Part shown: in pieces, positions 36,967 through 51,910 of the stretch
Position numbering within the stretch: the stretch's first letter is position 1
Layout of the letters: each line of letters starts with the position of its first letter
Assembly (NCBI GenBank): GCA_051294375.1
Contig: CM119271.1
Location: 2,308,677-2,372,676 of the forward strand
Length of the DNA: 64,000 nucleotides
Direction of reading: 5' to 3'
Source of the DNA: Paraspadella gotoi
Lineage: Eukaryota > Animalia > Chaetognatha
Notes under the pieces: generated by a model
What the model saw: the letters and a program-made list of their open reading frames with translations, nothing else
The model's database searches: none
Told to the model about the DNA's origin: nothing
Position numbers and translations under genes: made by a program

Positions 36967-38294
36967 TCATTTCCCCTTGTCCTTTAAAATGGAGCTCATA
37001 ACTTTGTAGAAATGCACGCGGGCATTTTGCTTCATGAATCCCAAGGGCGATCTGGAGAGGTTCTCGAGCCGCTTGTCTGAATTGGCCAAGTGAGCCAGGT
37101 TGTCGGCGATCCACTTGTCGAAGCAAGCGGAGAAGATTATCTTGGACTCGTGATCTTTGGGACTGGCCAGACCGAGACCGGCGCAGGTCTGGGCGATCGA
37201 CCTACCGATCTCGTACATGACTGAATTGAGAAGGCGGTGCCCGACGGTTCCTTTCTCGAAAATCTCGCGCGGCGGGAGAGTCTGCAAGGCCTCCAGCTTG
37301 TCGGCGGAGACGTGCATCAAGAGCGCGTCGTCGAGTTTGCTCAGATCGAGGGTGGATGGAGCGGAGGCGCCGGAGGCTGCGTCGGGAGGTAGGCGGGAAA
37401 GGCAAAGTTCTGAGGCGAAAGAGGCGAGGCCGTTGTGAGATTCGTCCGGTCGGCCTTCCAACGGTTGGTTCATCCACGGAATGATGTCCATGGAGACGTC
37501 GTTCGGAATGTCGAACCCATTGCAGGAGCGGTTGGCGACTGCGTCTAGGAGGAAATTAAACAATTTTTAAACAATTTAAACAATTTTCACTTAAAAAATA
37601 AATCCTTTAATAATGCAAAAACACTTTTTACATCATTAGTCTCACCATTAGGCACGATCCCCCCATCCGCGCCCACATCCGCGACGCTCTTTTCGAATCC
37701 CGATCGTCTCGATCGATTTTCCTCGTTCTCCGCGGCAATCGGCGCTCTTTCCTTTTTCACGTCAATCTCGGAAAACGGCGTCGACGCGAACACCGGCGCT
37801 TCCTGCAGCAGGGGCGCCTCGAGTCCCGGCCGAGCGGAACGCCCTCTCTCCGGCGACGGCCACCACCGCGCCCGTTTCCCGCCGTCAAAGCGGGCAAGGC
37901 CGAGACTCCGTCCCCGCTTCCGATGACCGCCCAACATGGGCGGGGCGAAAAAGTCGTTGGCGAGAGGGTCCTGCGGTGAAGGGTGATGAGCAGGCGTCGC
38001 GGGACGCCGCAGCGGATCCGCGGGCTCCCGTCGCTCTTGCAAGGCGCTAACGGACGGGTTGATTTCGAACTCGACGTCGCTTCCTGTCGGCGCCAAGAGG
38101 CCGGCGGCGTAGGCGTCGCAGAGATGGCGCTTTCCGGAGAACTTGCGTCCTTCTCCTGTTTCGACGAGGACGAAGATGTTGGCGTCGGTAAGGGCGGAGA
38201 GCTTCATTGCCGCCTCCATGAGGATCGAGGTGAAGGAAAGTTCCATGCTTTGCAATTGCGAGACGAGGCCGAGCAGACTGTGGGACGATGCCAT
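36967..38294 (-). CDS. MADS-like family member B; exons 37646-38294 and 36967-37544
   Basis: N-terminus MASSHSLLGLVSQLQSMELSFTSILMEAAMKLSALTDANIFVLVETGEGRKFSGKRHLCDAY. C-domain HRLLNSVMYEIGRSIA...LGLASPKDHESK...FDKWIADNL...LGFMKQNARVHF. Confidence 0.87.
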
Positions 38295-38575
38295 CGGGGA
38301 ATCTTCCCTGGTGATTTTTTTTTTAATGTCTGAATTGTTTTGTTTTTTTATTTAGGGGGAAAAAGGCTGCGAGAAAAAGATTTTGGAAAAATGGAACAAA
38401 ACGAATAAATTAAATGGCTAAACTGGGAGAAAATGAATCGATAGTTAAGACTAAATTCGAGAAATGATTATTTTGTTGGTCTTCGAGTAAGAGACAAAAA
38501 ATAATAATAAAAAAAAAAGAGTTTCCCAAACATAGACGACGCTCTCAACAAATTCAATCCATTTATCTTTCTCGT

Positions 38576-41500
38576 TCAAATCGCCTCCAAATTCTTCGTC
38601 GAACGTTCGGCGAACATGTTGAGAGCATCGGTCGCTTTGCCCAAACTCGTCTCTCCCAACTCTGGAAATATCTGTCCCATCTTCAGGACGCAGTCGACGG
38701 CCGGTTCGTAGATCATCTCCGCGTCGCCGGTCGTATCCTCCGGCTCCGCCGCCACCGTCGCCGGCGACGCCGAAAACAGCGAAGGCGCGTGGGTGCGCCG
38801 CAAAAAGACCCTCGTCACTGCGCCGACCTTGTGCAGCACTGATAAGAGCTCCCGGACGGCGATGGGCTGCACGGTGGGCGAGAACTTATCGGCCACGGCG
38901 TCCAGAGAAGAACCAGGATACGACATGACAAACATGAGGACGGAACGAAGCATCATATGGAGAACGGGACGGTTGAGCGTTCCGTCTGGTTTGCGCCATG
39001 GACGCGGAATGAGCTGAACTCGGACAAAGGATCCGTTAGTAGAGGAAGACGCGGTCTGGATGGCGACGTCCTTGCCGCGATTGCGGGCCGAACGACGGCC
39101 GAGTTCCGGTTCCTGTCCGCGACGGCCAGGGATGGCCACCACGTTATAGGGTTGCCGCTCTTCGTTATCGCCCTCGCCGGCGAGTTCGGATTGAGCGGCT
39201 TCTCGGTCTTCGGCCTCTTTCTCGAAGGGATCGATCCAGGTGCCTCGGCCTTTTAAGTTTTTATATGAATGAATGATCCACGGCCTTCGGAAATCGTGAT
39301 GCACGAAGCGAGGTTCGGTGATCCCCGCCTGGAGAATAAAATTTTACAATTTTACAAAGCTTTACAATATTCAAAATAAATCATTTTTCAATCTTATTCA
39401 TACTTTTCATTGGTAAGTGACTACGTATATCAAATCTAAACTTATAAATACGTTCCCCTTACTACCTGGAGGACCAAGTCGCTCTTTGCAAGACGATAGA
39501 GGGCCGCGCGCGTCTCCGTGGCCGGGGACTGAGAAAACCGCGCCAGAATCTCGCCCCAGGTGGCGCCCAAATGCTCTTTTTGCTTGAGAAAGTCCGCCAC
39601 GCCCAACGACAGCGCCACTTCTGTTTCCTTGGCGCCTTCGTGGAAGGATCGGCTGCGGAAGACATCGATCCCGCAAACCAGCGAGGGAATAGTAGAGAGT
39701 TGAGCCTGAAGGACGTAATTGCGGACAGTGTGCTTGAGGAAGATTTCGTCCCTCGAGTGGCTCAAAGGCGCCGATGTCAGCACGGGAGGGCCGGACTTGC
39801 CCTCCTTGCTTTTCTTCTTCTGCTGCAAACGGCAGTTAAGAACTTCGCAGGAGCGTAGGTCCTCCAGGTCGAAGGTAGCCCGGTTGGGCGTGATCCGCAC
39901 GGTGCAGGCGTTGACGACGACGTTATCCTGAGGATTCATCTCGCGCACGTTGATGTCTCTAAAAGACATGTTCCGAGCGATGGCCAGATTGATGCGGGAG
40001 GCCTGGCGTGCCGGAACTTCGCGGGACAGATGATTCTCCGGAGGAAAAGCGGCATATTCAGTAACATCGTTCGCGAAACGAACTTTGGTCAGTCGTCGAC
40101 GGGGAGATTCTCCGTCCGAGGTGGAAACCCTTCGGGAAGATCCCCCAAAGCCGATTCCCTCCGCGCCTTCGATCTCTCTCCCCAGGTGCTTCTCTAACAG
40201 CTCCTCGTCTTCATCGTCACTGGCCGTCTTCCGACCCATCATCATAGGCTTGAGCAGCTTTCCTCTTCTGACAATGTCCATGTTCATGGTCTTTGTGTCG
40301 ATTACGATGATCTGATCCGGGATTTCTAGTTCGAAGTCGATCTTCCCCAGCGCCATCAGCGTCACTGCCAAAGCGCAAGAGCCGCCCGTGTCCCATGCTG
40401 TCGGTGATCCACGGTCGTCGCCCGGAGTTGTGCGCATCTGGGGGATGAACAAAAAACTGTCTATAGATATTGATTATGGAGTAAATAAGAGAAAAGGAAG
40501 AGAGAGAGAGAGAGAGAGAGAGACACAGTTTAGTTATGATATATCTGGAGCCAGAGGAGAGGCGCTTGGTAATTTACTTTTATGGGTCACACCAGGTTTA
40601 AAAACATCTTAAAAGTTACAAACCTGTAAAAGAAGGTTGTAAGCCTGATAGAAAATGTCCACCGGGTAACGAGAAAGAAAAGTGTAGATGTATCGTTGGG
40701 AAAAGTGATAGTTGAGAGCCGTGAAAGGAAGCGAAAGGGAATGGCGACGACGTTTTCCCGATCCGACAGACGCCGTCGCCGGGGACGGCGCCTTCATTTT
40801 GGAGATGATCTGGTCGCGCCGCATCGCATTGAGCACCGATTGCAGCATCTGCTCCGGGTATTGACTAAAGACCTTGAAGAGTTCGTAGCTGCGACCGGCC
40901 TTGTCGTCCAGGGAAAGAGTAGAGTGGACAAGATTGTGGAGAACTCCGAAGTAGACGTCGGCGAGGGAGTCGACGTCGGCGTGGCGAGACTTTTCATAGA
41001 GTTTCCCGCTGGAGACTTTGATGTGGTAGTCGGCGAGGAGTTGATCCTTGTCGCCAGGGAGTTCAGTTTGCTCGTTCCCCACCGAAATGGCAGTCTCTTG
41101 AAGGAGAGAGTTATTCATAAACTTGAGCCTCATGGCCTCAAGGCAGGAGACAAAATTGGAGATGACGTCGTCCTGATCTGAGATCTTGTATTTGCGGTTT
41201 CGGAATGAGTTGACCAGGTCAGAGTCTTGCATGGCTTCGCCTATGAAAATAATTTATCCTTCTGTCAATGGCATACATTTATTTCAACATCTCCTAAAAA
41301 ACGAGGATAAGGAATAAAACCTTACCTAAAAATACGGCAACGTTGAGCGCGGTCTGCGCGTTTTTCAGCACGTAGTTGAGCCTCCTCTGACACGCCTTGG
41401 ACGTCTTATCCTTAGAGAGCGGTACGTGCTCGTGTAGCACATCGCGCACGCACGACCACGGCACGATCATTTGCTTACGATCGTCCATGAAGGAGGATGC

Positions 41501-44500
41501 GACGCGGCAGAGAAGGAGGAGGCTGTCCTCGGGCGTGCTCCAGTCCACGCGCTCTTTAGTCATCCGCTTCAACGCCGCCAAATCCTCGTCGTCGTAGTAA
41601 GGAGTCTTTTCACGCTTGTGACGAATCCGGCGACTCTTGATCGTGGGGACTGACGCAACGGTGGAATTTTTCTTTAATCCTTTGCCCCCCTTTCTCGCCG
41701 CTTTAAACTCGGTGGCGTTGTCGATCACGAAGGTTTTGCAAGGGAGGTCATCGTCGATGGGAGCGGAGGCATCCTTTGCTGGACCGTCGATTCCCTCCGT
41801 CACCGCTTCGGCGACTGCGTCCCCGTCGAACTTTAACTTAGCCCGGCGCTTCGCCGAGGTGAGCGTGAACGGCTTTCCGTTCGCATCTGAGACCAACGCC
41901 CTTCCGTTACGCGATCCCCCCGACGAGACACCGTCGTTGGTGCTATCGTTTCCGTCCTCGATCGCTTCGAGCTTTTTAGGCTGTTCCGATTTCTCCGCCT
42001 TCTCTACTTTGTCCGTTTTTCGTTTTTCTCCGCCGTCGAGACTCAGCCAAGTCCAGTTCCTCTTCATGTGACCGTAAAAGCTGGAGTCTAGGCCACCGGC
42101 GCCGAGACCGTCGCCCGGCAGGATGGGCGTGGCCGCCTCGTCGACGACCGGGTTGAAGGTCGATGGATCCAACGGGCGGAGGCAGTCCTTGAGGACTCTC
42201 TTGACGTCTAGAGTTTCGAGAATAGGCCACTCGTTGCCGTCGGTCGCGCCGCGAAGGCCGCGTCCTACGCCCAACGGGGTGTTGAGGCAGACGCACTGGA
42301 GATCGAACCAAAACTTTTCCACGGAGCGCTGATTGTCGAATTCGTAGATCTCGGAAGAATAGTCTTTATCGGCGGAGACGAGATTGTAATGAGGATCGGA
42401 GATGGTCGTATCCACGACCATGCTGCGACGGTGGACGAAGACAAACACTTGGTCCTTTTCTTTAAACTGCAATTATAGGGAGGGAGGAAAAGTAGAGAAG
42501 GCGATTTGTAAGACATTATAAAATTAAAATTTTGTATTATCAAAAGTTACGAAGACTCGCCTGATGCGGCCCGAACGACATCAGGCCCATATAACACAGC
42601 CGGGTACACAACTCGTGAAAGTTGTAAATGTACTTGCGCCCGTGCAGCAGCTGCCAACGCATCGTCAATGGTAGATGCCTCAGGAGCAGGTGGCGCTTCG
42701 TCGGATGAGCCAGGTAGTCAGATAGCCGGTCCACCTTGTAGCTGATGGTGATGATTTGACAAAAGATGGAGAGAGGCATGGATAGCAAGGCGTCGGAGAT
42801 AAGGACCCAGCCGGGCGCGTAGCCAGAGTGTCGTGGCAAAGGGGGCACGTACATGCGCCAATCAGCTTGATTGCGATATCGTTTGGGAGGACGGCGCCGT
42901 TTGCCCGCCGTGGGACGGGAATCGACGGATGATAAGGCGGAGTTTCCGTCGTAACCGTAGGTGAGATACCAGAGGTACTCGAAGACCACCTACAGGGAAA
43001 AGCGGCATGGATGTTTGTGGTAATCATAAGTAAAGTTTCAAAAAAATGTCACTATCACAAGAGTATCAAAAACAAGAATTATATAACCATCAGGGTCATT
43101 ACCTGCAATCTCATCATCTTCGGCATGATGCCGTACTTTCTCGCGATTCCCGGCGAATACTCTAAAACCTTCTTTTTCCTCTCTTCTCCTCCTCCTCCTC
43201 CCTCGTTCTCTTCCTCGAAATCCTCCTCTCCCGAATCGATCGCCGCGTCGTCTTCCGCTCCTTCTCGATCGAGCGATTTCGTTTTGGCCGGCACCAGCGC
43301 CATCGACTCGGCTTCGCCGTTGCGCCACGCCCCCTCCGCGGAGTCTTCGTCTCCGGCCTCGTCTTCGGACCGGAGATCCTCTTGACCAGACAAATCGGCC
43401 ATCTTGATCCGCTTCGGCGGAGAAGCATTGCCGACGGCGTTGTCGGAGCCGCGCCGCTTGCGCCGCTCCACCGACTCGACCAGGTCGACGACGGCGCGTT
43501 TCTGGGAGACGGCCTTGTCGCGCCAATCGAGGCCAAAGGAGGGCGAGGAAGGCGGGGAAGTCTTGAGGACGGCTTTGGCGGAAGACGGCGTCGTCGCGGA
43601 AGCGGGCGTCGTCGTGGAAGACGAGGACGACGAGGACGAAGAGTTGGCCCGAGCCGTCGGCATTGAAAAGTATTTGACCTTGGCCTGCTCGATGGCGGAG
43701 GCGACGACGGAATCGCCGGCGCCGAGGTTGGGTTCGCAGATGAAGTGGAGGTTCTTGGAGGCGGATCCGTGTTTGAGGACGGTCTTGATCGACTTGACGT
43801 GACCATCCTTTGCGAGACGGTCGATTAGGCGGAGCATAGTTTTTTTGTCGATTTTGTTCGAGTAGCCTTGGTATTGGGTATACGTAATAACCAAAAGGAG
43901 ATCAAGTCACAACGATAAACTGAAAGTTATTGTTGACCCTCACCTTCCTTTTCCTCTTCGTCGATAATCATCTTCTGCAGATGGAAAACGTTGTCGATAA
44001 TTTGGTGATCTCGAACGGCAGCAATGATCAAATTGGCACGTTTCAAAAGCCTGGAATGATAATAAAAGGGTAGAAAAATTCATCCATTAGCTATTTTTTT
44101 TAAACGACCAAAAAGGAGTAAGCAAAAAATACCTAAACTAAGTCTAATAAGCAAATAAAAATTTTAAAAACCAAATAATAATTAACTACCCCGCACCTGT
44201 AAGTCACGTGAGGGTTATCCCTCCTCTGATGGTGATAGGCCTTCCGCTGCTCAATGTAATTGGCCCGCTGTCGCAGACGTTTGTCGTTGGGCACGCCCAG
44301 CGTCGTCGGCACAGGTCTCCCCTCTCCGACGCCCACGCATTCTTCATCCTCGTGGCCATCGACTTCGTCGTCGCTTCGCTGCTTCTTCTTTCTCTTTCTT
44401 TTTTTTAGTGTCGAAGACTCCATCGCTTTTTTTTCTTTTTCATCTTTTCGCCCGGGTGTTTTGGGTTTCGGCGCGGGACTGGAGCGCGCGGGTTCGATGG

Positions 44501-46451
44501 CTTTGAGGCCATTGCGAGATCCACCCCCGTCGTTGATGAGCGGGGCGTTGGCGACGTTGTATCGGTCAGTCAGTTCGAGGATCTTCCGTCGTTCCTCCTC
44601 GAACTTTTGGCTCAGCTCAGACTGGGCTTCGAACTCTTTGGCGACGTACTTGGTGACGCGTTGGCGGCCTTCGTCCTCCATGATGCACTTTACGACAGCG
44701 TGGCGCTGGAGGTTGCGGCAGAGGGATCGAGCCTCCAGCTTAGGGGTGCCTACGCACGTGGCCAGCTCGGATTGAGACGTACCCTGTAGAGGAAAGATGT
44801 GGAGGTTAGCGACGTGAAAAACTATTAGTTTACAAAAGAAAAAATAGGAAATAAAACTAACTTGCGCGCCTCTCTTGCAGATCATAGAAAAGGCTTGAGA
44901 GAGGAGAGGCCTCTCGACGACGATGGCCTCTCGACGACAGGGCCCATTGACCCCCTCCTCCTCATCATCTTCTTCGTCCCCGGCGTCGTGGGCGTTGTAC
45001 ACGTACATCTTGATGAGGCGCATAAACCTGATTTTGGAGGGAGAGAGTAAAACGTAAAATTCGGTTAAAATTTATACGAAATTTAACCTTTTTGAATTTG
45101 AATATAAATTAAAACTAGAACCGTTCCCCCCAACGACTTTTTTTACCGTACGGTCTTCTCCTTGCCGGCCTTTGTGTGCGCTTCGGCATCGGTGCAATCT
45201 GGGTGCGCTTCTCGATAAGGCAGTTGGACGACCCGCACGTTTTGACTTCCGTAGTGATAGAGTTTTTTAAAGGTCTTGTCGTCCAATTCCATTTCTCTGG
45301 CGAGGAAGATAACAAAAATGATAACGAAAACCTTAACGTGAATAGCAAAGCAGCGATGGGCTCACCTTCTGAGAGACTCTAAGGTGCCCTGCTGCGAGGG
45401 TCGTCGATGCAGGATTTCGCAGAGTCGCTCGAGTAAATTCGAGTATTTCGATTGTCGATCTAAGTGGAATCTGGAATAAGATCGTCGGGAATTTAGATTT
45501 ATTAATTACACAATTTGTACATCATTCACATTTTCATGGATTCCCCATCATCCAATACCAATAGTTACCTTTTCAACATTAGCAAAGATCCCTGATACAA
45601 CTGATTGTTCAATCCTTTTTGAGTGTGTAGTTGCTTGGTGATCAAATTCAACTTGAGCAAGTACTGACGATGATAATACATAGTCTTAACCGATTCCCCG
45701 AAAACGGCTAAACTAGTTTCTCCTTGCGTAACCTCTCCGTGAAATCTGGACGAAATATTAATAATTGCAAATTAGAAATTTCCGATATTTATTCATTATT
45801 AATATTATTAATTTACATTCACCGCACCTCGACCGCCCAATCCGTTCCATGATGCAATACTGAATATCTGACAGGCGCTCCGACAGCTGCGGGTCCGCCT
45901 CGGCCCCGAACAGTGCCTCCCAGCGCCGGTTATCGCTTGCTACGATCACCAGTTGGTCGAACCCCATCTCCGCCTCGACCTGATGTCAGGACACAATTCC
46001 AATTTTCAAGCCCAAGATAATTATTCTCACGATAGTCTCCCCCACCAATCCGACCTACCTGTTCCAAAGAAATCCCGTCCCTCACTCGCTCCGTCACGTC
46101 CCGCCGCGTATGGTAAGTCGAGGAGGAACCCCGAACTCCGTTGCCCAAAATGCTGATGGGATACAAGTCGGGCAAAGGCGGCTTCTCAACGACGACTCCC
46201 GTATCGGGGTCCATGTTGTCGTAGCGGCTGTAGACAACGACGGGCGGACGGGGATCGGGCAGGAGGAAGAAGGCGAGGTCCTCCAGGCGGGTAAGTCGCG
46301 ACCACACAAAGTTTTTCCCGTCGTCGTCGAGGGCGATGGGGAAAGACCGCGGGCGTATGCGATGGGTAAGTCTCGTCCAGAGGGATCGGACGGTGAGACC
46401 GTCGAGACCCTCGAGAGAGATCTCGTCCAGGGCGTCGTGGACGTAATCCAT
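38576..46451 (-). CDS. GTF3C1: General transcription factor IIIC subunit 1 (B-block binding subunit), multi-exon
   Basis: MDYVHDALDEISLEGLDGLTVRSLWTRL; QYCIMERIGRSR; YSNKIDKKTMLRLIDRL; YGIMPKMMRL; GDGLGAGGLDSSFYGHMKRNW; RMTKERVDWSTPEDSLLLLC; PRPWRKPDGTLNRP. Confidence 0.93.
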
Positions 46452-46939
46452 TTTTGATAAGGTGGTCGAAAGAATGGGGTTTTAAGAAAAAAGGGGGATT
46501 GGTCTAAACCAGATGGGGGTTTAAAGATTTTTGTTTTTCCCCAAACGAAGTTTTTCACGTTGGGTAATAAGAAAGGCGGCGATTTGCCGGATTTTCGGTC
46601 ATTTCGTCTTTATGGCGGCGACAACGATGAGCGCCGAATTGCACTAAAAAAAAAAACAAAGAACAAGTGGATGAAGACAACGAAGCAGCGGATGGAAAAT
46701 TTCGAGTGCATTTAATGATTTTCTGAGGCAACGGTCTCCTCTCAATGTGGATGGAAAAGTGGCTGTCCGATCAAAATTACTTTCCGCTATAAAGAATAAT
46801 TCGTTAAATTGTTAAAACGAAAAACTGGTATAACTAAGATTAAAAAGATGTATAGAATTCGCCGAGTCGGGTGAGGAGGGGAATAACGGGAATGAACGGT
46901 TTTCTCTTTTTTCTTTGCTCTTTCTTCAAAAATTTCCGT

Positions 46940-49346
46940 CTAGAACGCAAAACGCGTTCGAATGTCTTCGAGCTTCTTCGACACCTCCGCCGGCGTCCGG
47001 TCGAGATCCTCGGCGATGCTCTTCTGTTTGGCCAGCTCGAGCGAGTTGTACTGTTCGCAGAGGTCACCGTCGATGACGTTCTTGACGGGGAAATAGCAGG
47101 ACCGGTAGGAGAGGTGATCCCGACCGCAGAGCGGAGGATGGTCGCCGCGCAAGTGCATCTCCAGGTGTTGGAAGAAGTCGTGGTCCTCGTGAGACGTGAA
47201 GGGGACGAGCATGCCGACGCTGCCGGAGAAGGTGGTGTAGACGAGGGATTCGGAGCCGCCGGGGATGAGGGTGGCCTTTTGTAGGGAGGAGATGACTTCG
47301 CCCACGTGGAAGTTGACCATCACTTCAGACTTTTGAGAGGCCCCGCTGAGGACGCCTTTTTCCCAGAAGGCCTGGAGAAAAGAATAATGGTTTAAAGCTT
47401 CGCGTTATAGCCAATTTACCAAAGAGATGATAATTGAACAAAACTAACAAAACCTCCGTTCACTCACCTTATTTCCCGAAGGATCCTCCGATTCCACGTC
47501 GTCGTTGCAATCAGACGGCAGACGAACCAAACACACGTTGCCGAACTTGTCGGCCCCGGCGACGGTGTCGTAGTCCATAACCGCCGAGGTGGTCAGCCAG
47601 CGAGGGTTGGTGTCGTCGGCGAAGATAGAAAGCTGGTTTTCTTTGGGCCGGTAGCGCATAAAGTGGAATGACTCTTGGACGTCGGAGACGAAGACTCGAA
47701 GGCCGATCGTGTCGATCTTGACGATGAAGTTGGGGATCGATTTGGACTCGCACTTGCGGAGGAGCTTCTTCTTGCCCAGCTCATAGAGGCGGAGGAGGTT
47801 GCCGACGCCGACGAGGAGCTTCCCGTTGAAAGGAGCCATGGCGCCGGGGATGTCGTCGATGGCCGTCTTGTGGAGAAACTCGAGTCGCTCGCCCGAGTCT
47901 CCAGAGACCAAGTAGACGTGGAGGAAACCGCCGGAGCAGAGACGCGTCTGGAGCTGGTAGTCCTTGGCCGTGCCGACGATGAGGAACTTGAGGTCGCCGC
48001 GAGAGGCGAAGCGACAGAAAGTCGCTGAGAGCGCAGCCTCGTTCTGCTCCAGCTCGAGGGTTTGGAGAGTGCGGCCCGTGATGGGATCCTAGAACGGTTC
48101 GAAAAAAAGAGTCAATTACACAAATGAAAAAATATATTTATAGTGAACGGATTAAAAACACTGAAGCCTATATAAGCGCTCACCTGCAGTCTAACTTGCG
48201 AGGCCCACATGCCCCAGCCGGCTTTGGGAGCGCCGAAGACCTCTTCCGGCAGCTTCTCGTTAAGGAAGGCTGCGGCCATCTCCGCCGCCAACTCTTGCTC
48301 TTCCTCACCCGCCGCCTCCACCATCTCCTCCGCCATCTGTTGCTTCCTTTGCTCCTTGGTGGCGTCGGTGTAGGCGTTGTGATCCGTCTCAATGACGGCA
48401 ATGTTGTTGGTGTCTTGGTCGATGACAAATCTGGATTAATGAAATAACAGATGAAAAATCCGCTGGAGAACGGACCAATGGGATGTTTGAATCACTGACC
48501 GTCTGGGCGTGAATTTCAAAGGATGCGCGATCTGATTAAAGACGGCACCCAACTTCTCCAGCGCGAGAATCCTCAACGTGTTGGTCGAAATGGCGACGAT
48601 GCCTTCCGGACACTGTTCCGAGGCGAAGCCGGAGGCGTACTCGAGCGACTCGTATGAGAGGGGCGTCAAGTGGAAACGGTTCTGGTAAGTGTAAGAGAGC
48701 CAGGTCCGACTTGACATGGCCAGAACGGAGTCGTTGCCCTGCATGCGGACGCGGAAGAGTTTGACCGGCTTGGATCCCAAATAACGGGTGCGAGTGTCCG
48801 AGAGATCGCCGGTCACCGTGTCTGGAAGCAAAAAAAAAAATTTTAGTAAGATTCTTGTGATAATCAAATCATCTCCTTTATCCATCGATATCCTCACCCA
48901 AAACAGTTCTGAGAAGGACTCCGTTTTGCAGGCCGATGTTGAGATTGAGGCCTCCTTTGGTGTAGCCGCTGGTGACTTCGTTGGTGGAGGTGTCAGCGCT
49001 GCCCATCTCCACAATACAGAGGGACTCGGCCACGGCCGGCAAAGCCTTGGAGCAAGGAGTTATTATTTCTCAATAATGTGACTCGAATAAAGTCAACATT
49101 AAACAAGATCCGTCGTCATGGAAACTCTTCCCACCTGCATGGAGAGCGGCGACAAGCAGTCGTTAGGATCGAGGGAAATGATTCTGACGGTGTTGTCGGC
49201 CAAACCGACGGCGAGGAAGCGCGAACGCTGCTCGCCCGAAGGAACCGAGGCGAGGCCCATGCAGATCACCTAAGTGAGAATAGAATTCATTAACTGACGA
49301 ACGAAATTTGTTACAAACAGCAATAGCGACTTGATTAGTAATCATA

Positions 49347-49385
<39 letters not shown>

Positions 49386-49870
49386 GATTACCTCGGCCGT
49401 CATTTCTTTCCTCTCCGTGTACTCGTTGAGTTGTCCAGTAGGATCCATCTCAAAATAGACGAGTTCTCCTCCAGAGAGAGCGATGACCACTTGGCGCTGG
49501 TTCACCGCGCAGCGATTGATCGTTTTCTTTCCCGGGGTTTTCCATTCGTTTACTCGCTGGGTGAAAAATATCGTGATCCTCGATGGAACTGCTAGTAAAA
49601 TATATAGTAAAATATCTTTTAATTAACCCCCTCACCTTGTCCGCCCGAATGTGACGAATTCCATCGGGGTAGATTTGAATGAGAGCGTCGTCGCCCAACT
49701 GGGAGCAAGACAAAGTGGGCGTGGTTCCGAGGAAACCGGAATCCGTCACTTCCTCGACCGTCTCACCGATGGACAAAACCTGTAAGAAGTCAATAGTATT
49801 TTGATTATTACAAATATATAATTATATGAAAATTAATGCGATTCAAAACGAGATTTTTTAAAATAAAATT

Positions 49871-49924
<54 letters not shown>

Positions 49925-50224
49925 CTTCCAGTTCGAACAAGGGTTTTGAAAAAGGACAATGTTTAATATTTTAATATTTTAAGACACTTTACCAGCGTGG
50001 CGTTGACGAAAGACACGATGATGTAGGCGTCGAACTCGTCGTCCATTCGCCGCTTAACTGTCCAGACGGCGTTGGGGTTACCGGGAAGTTCGGAGACGGC
50101 CATCTCGGAGACTTCGAGACCGTGGCGGAGAACGCGGAGGGAAGAGCGGGGACCGCGGCCGCAGACAGCGTAGAGCTTAAAGATAGGATGAAGCAAAATT
50201 GTTGATTGACAAAATCTTCACACA

Positions 50225-50265
<41 letters not shown>

Positions 50266-51862
50266 CCTCCACCTGCGGAGTATCCTCGTTCGCCAGATCG
50301 GCGATCTGACAATGCATGATGGGCGAGAGCGAGTCGAGCTCGTCCACGAGGACCAAGTTCTTGAGCGGACGCGGGGCGAAGAAAAAGGTGTCTCCTTCTT
50401 CCAGCGGCATGGCGGAGGAGAACTCGGGCTCGTCGTCGTCGTCACCCAGGTGGGCGATTTGGTAGAGATAGTGGTTGCCGAACTCGCAGGCGACAAAGAG
50501 GAAGCCTGAGATAAATTCACATTATGCACATACTTAAATACTTGATTTATTCTTGTAGACTCGGAACCAAATCATAAAAAAAAAAACCTCACCCCAAACT
50601 CACCCGTCTTCAGCACGCACATCGACGTGGCCACTGGCACCGTATCGAAGTATTTCAGCCTGATCTCCGTCACCATGTCCTCGTCCGTCTCCAGGGTGAT
50701 CTTAAAGATGTCGCCCTGTTCCGTCTGCGCCAAGAAAAAGAACATGGACTTGGTCTTGTGGGTGGCGGAACAGACGAATATCATTCCCCGCTCGGGGTCG
50801 TCGAGATCGTTGCGCCGGCGCGGAATAGGCGACCGGATGTCCGGTTGATCGCCAAAGTTCTTGTAGGTGACGTAGTTTTCCGAGCAGATGAGAACGCCGG
50901 AGGGACCGTCGTTTCCACCTTTTTTAAAAGAGGATTGAAATATTAAGGAACCACGTAAGAGGGGGAAAAAAAACAGTTTCAATGGAAAACGTCACGAGCG
51001 TTGGCCAGCTTAATTTTTATCAAAAGTACGATATTTTCGATTTTTTTTTTTTACTCGCAGAGTTGCCCTATAATTTGAATTGATTCGCCTGATGCCAGAC
51101 CACAGAGCCCTCACTCACCTGGAACCGAAATCAAAAAGTTGCCATGTTCCTCCAGCGGCTCCGAGTATTTCCTGACGACGTGATTCAGGCCGAGATCGAG
51201 TTCGTAGAAGGTGAGCGCCTGCGAGGTGTTGGCCGCGGCTTCGCCCGACGGGTCGGCGTCGGAGTCTTCGTAGTCGATCTCGAGGCAGGCGAAGGTGGGG
51301 TTCTCGAAGCCCACATCTACGCCCACGATGTGGTAGACGATCGTGTTGGACTTGTGCGCCTCGAGCGGCGAGGAGATGGTGAGGCGAGCGGTCGCGTCGC
51401 GGTTCAGGATGTAGACCTTGTAGTAAGTTTACAATGTTTTTTCTAAAAAATCGTAATGATGATTCGGCTTGTATTACAGTTAAGTCTATCGAAGGTAGAA
51501 CTACAGAATTAATTAAAAAGAAATTCCTAAGTTACCAGCTTTTGTTTTTCTGAGGCGGCGATCATGAGCGCTCGGCCTTTGGGATCTGTGCAGAGGAACT
51601 GTCCGGGGACGATTCGGCGACATCCCGATTTCCCAAAAGTCTCTTGATGAATCTTTAAAAAATAGGGACAAATTAACAAAATTTATTTGATTAAATTATT
51701 GTAAAGAAACCAAGGTAAACAATATTAATTAAGGAGGAACCTTATCAAATGAATTTTTCGCCCCCAAATATTCGAGGATAGATATTCGTCCCGAATCCGT
51801 TCCGACGATGATGAAGTCTTTGTTTCCTCCTGTCAGGAATATGATGGAAGTCTCAGGATCAG

Positions 51863-51910
<48 letters not shown>

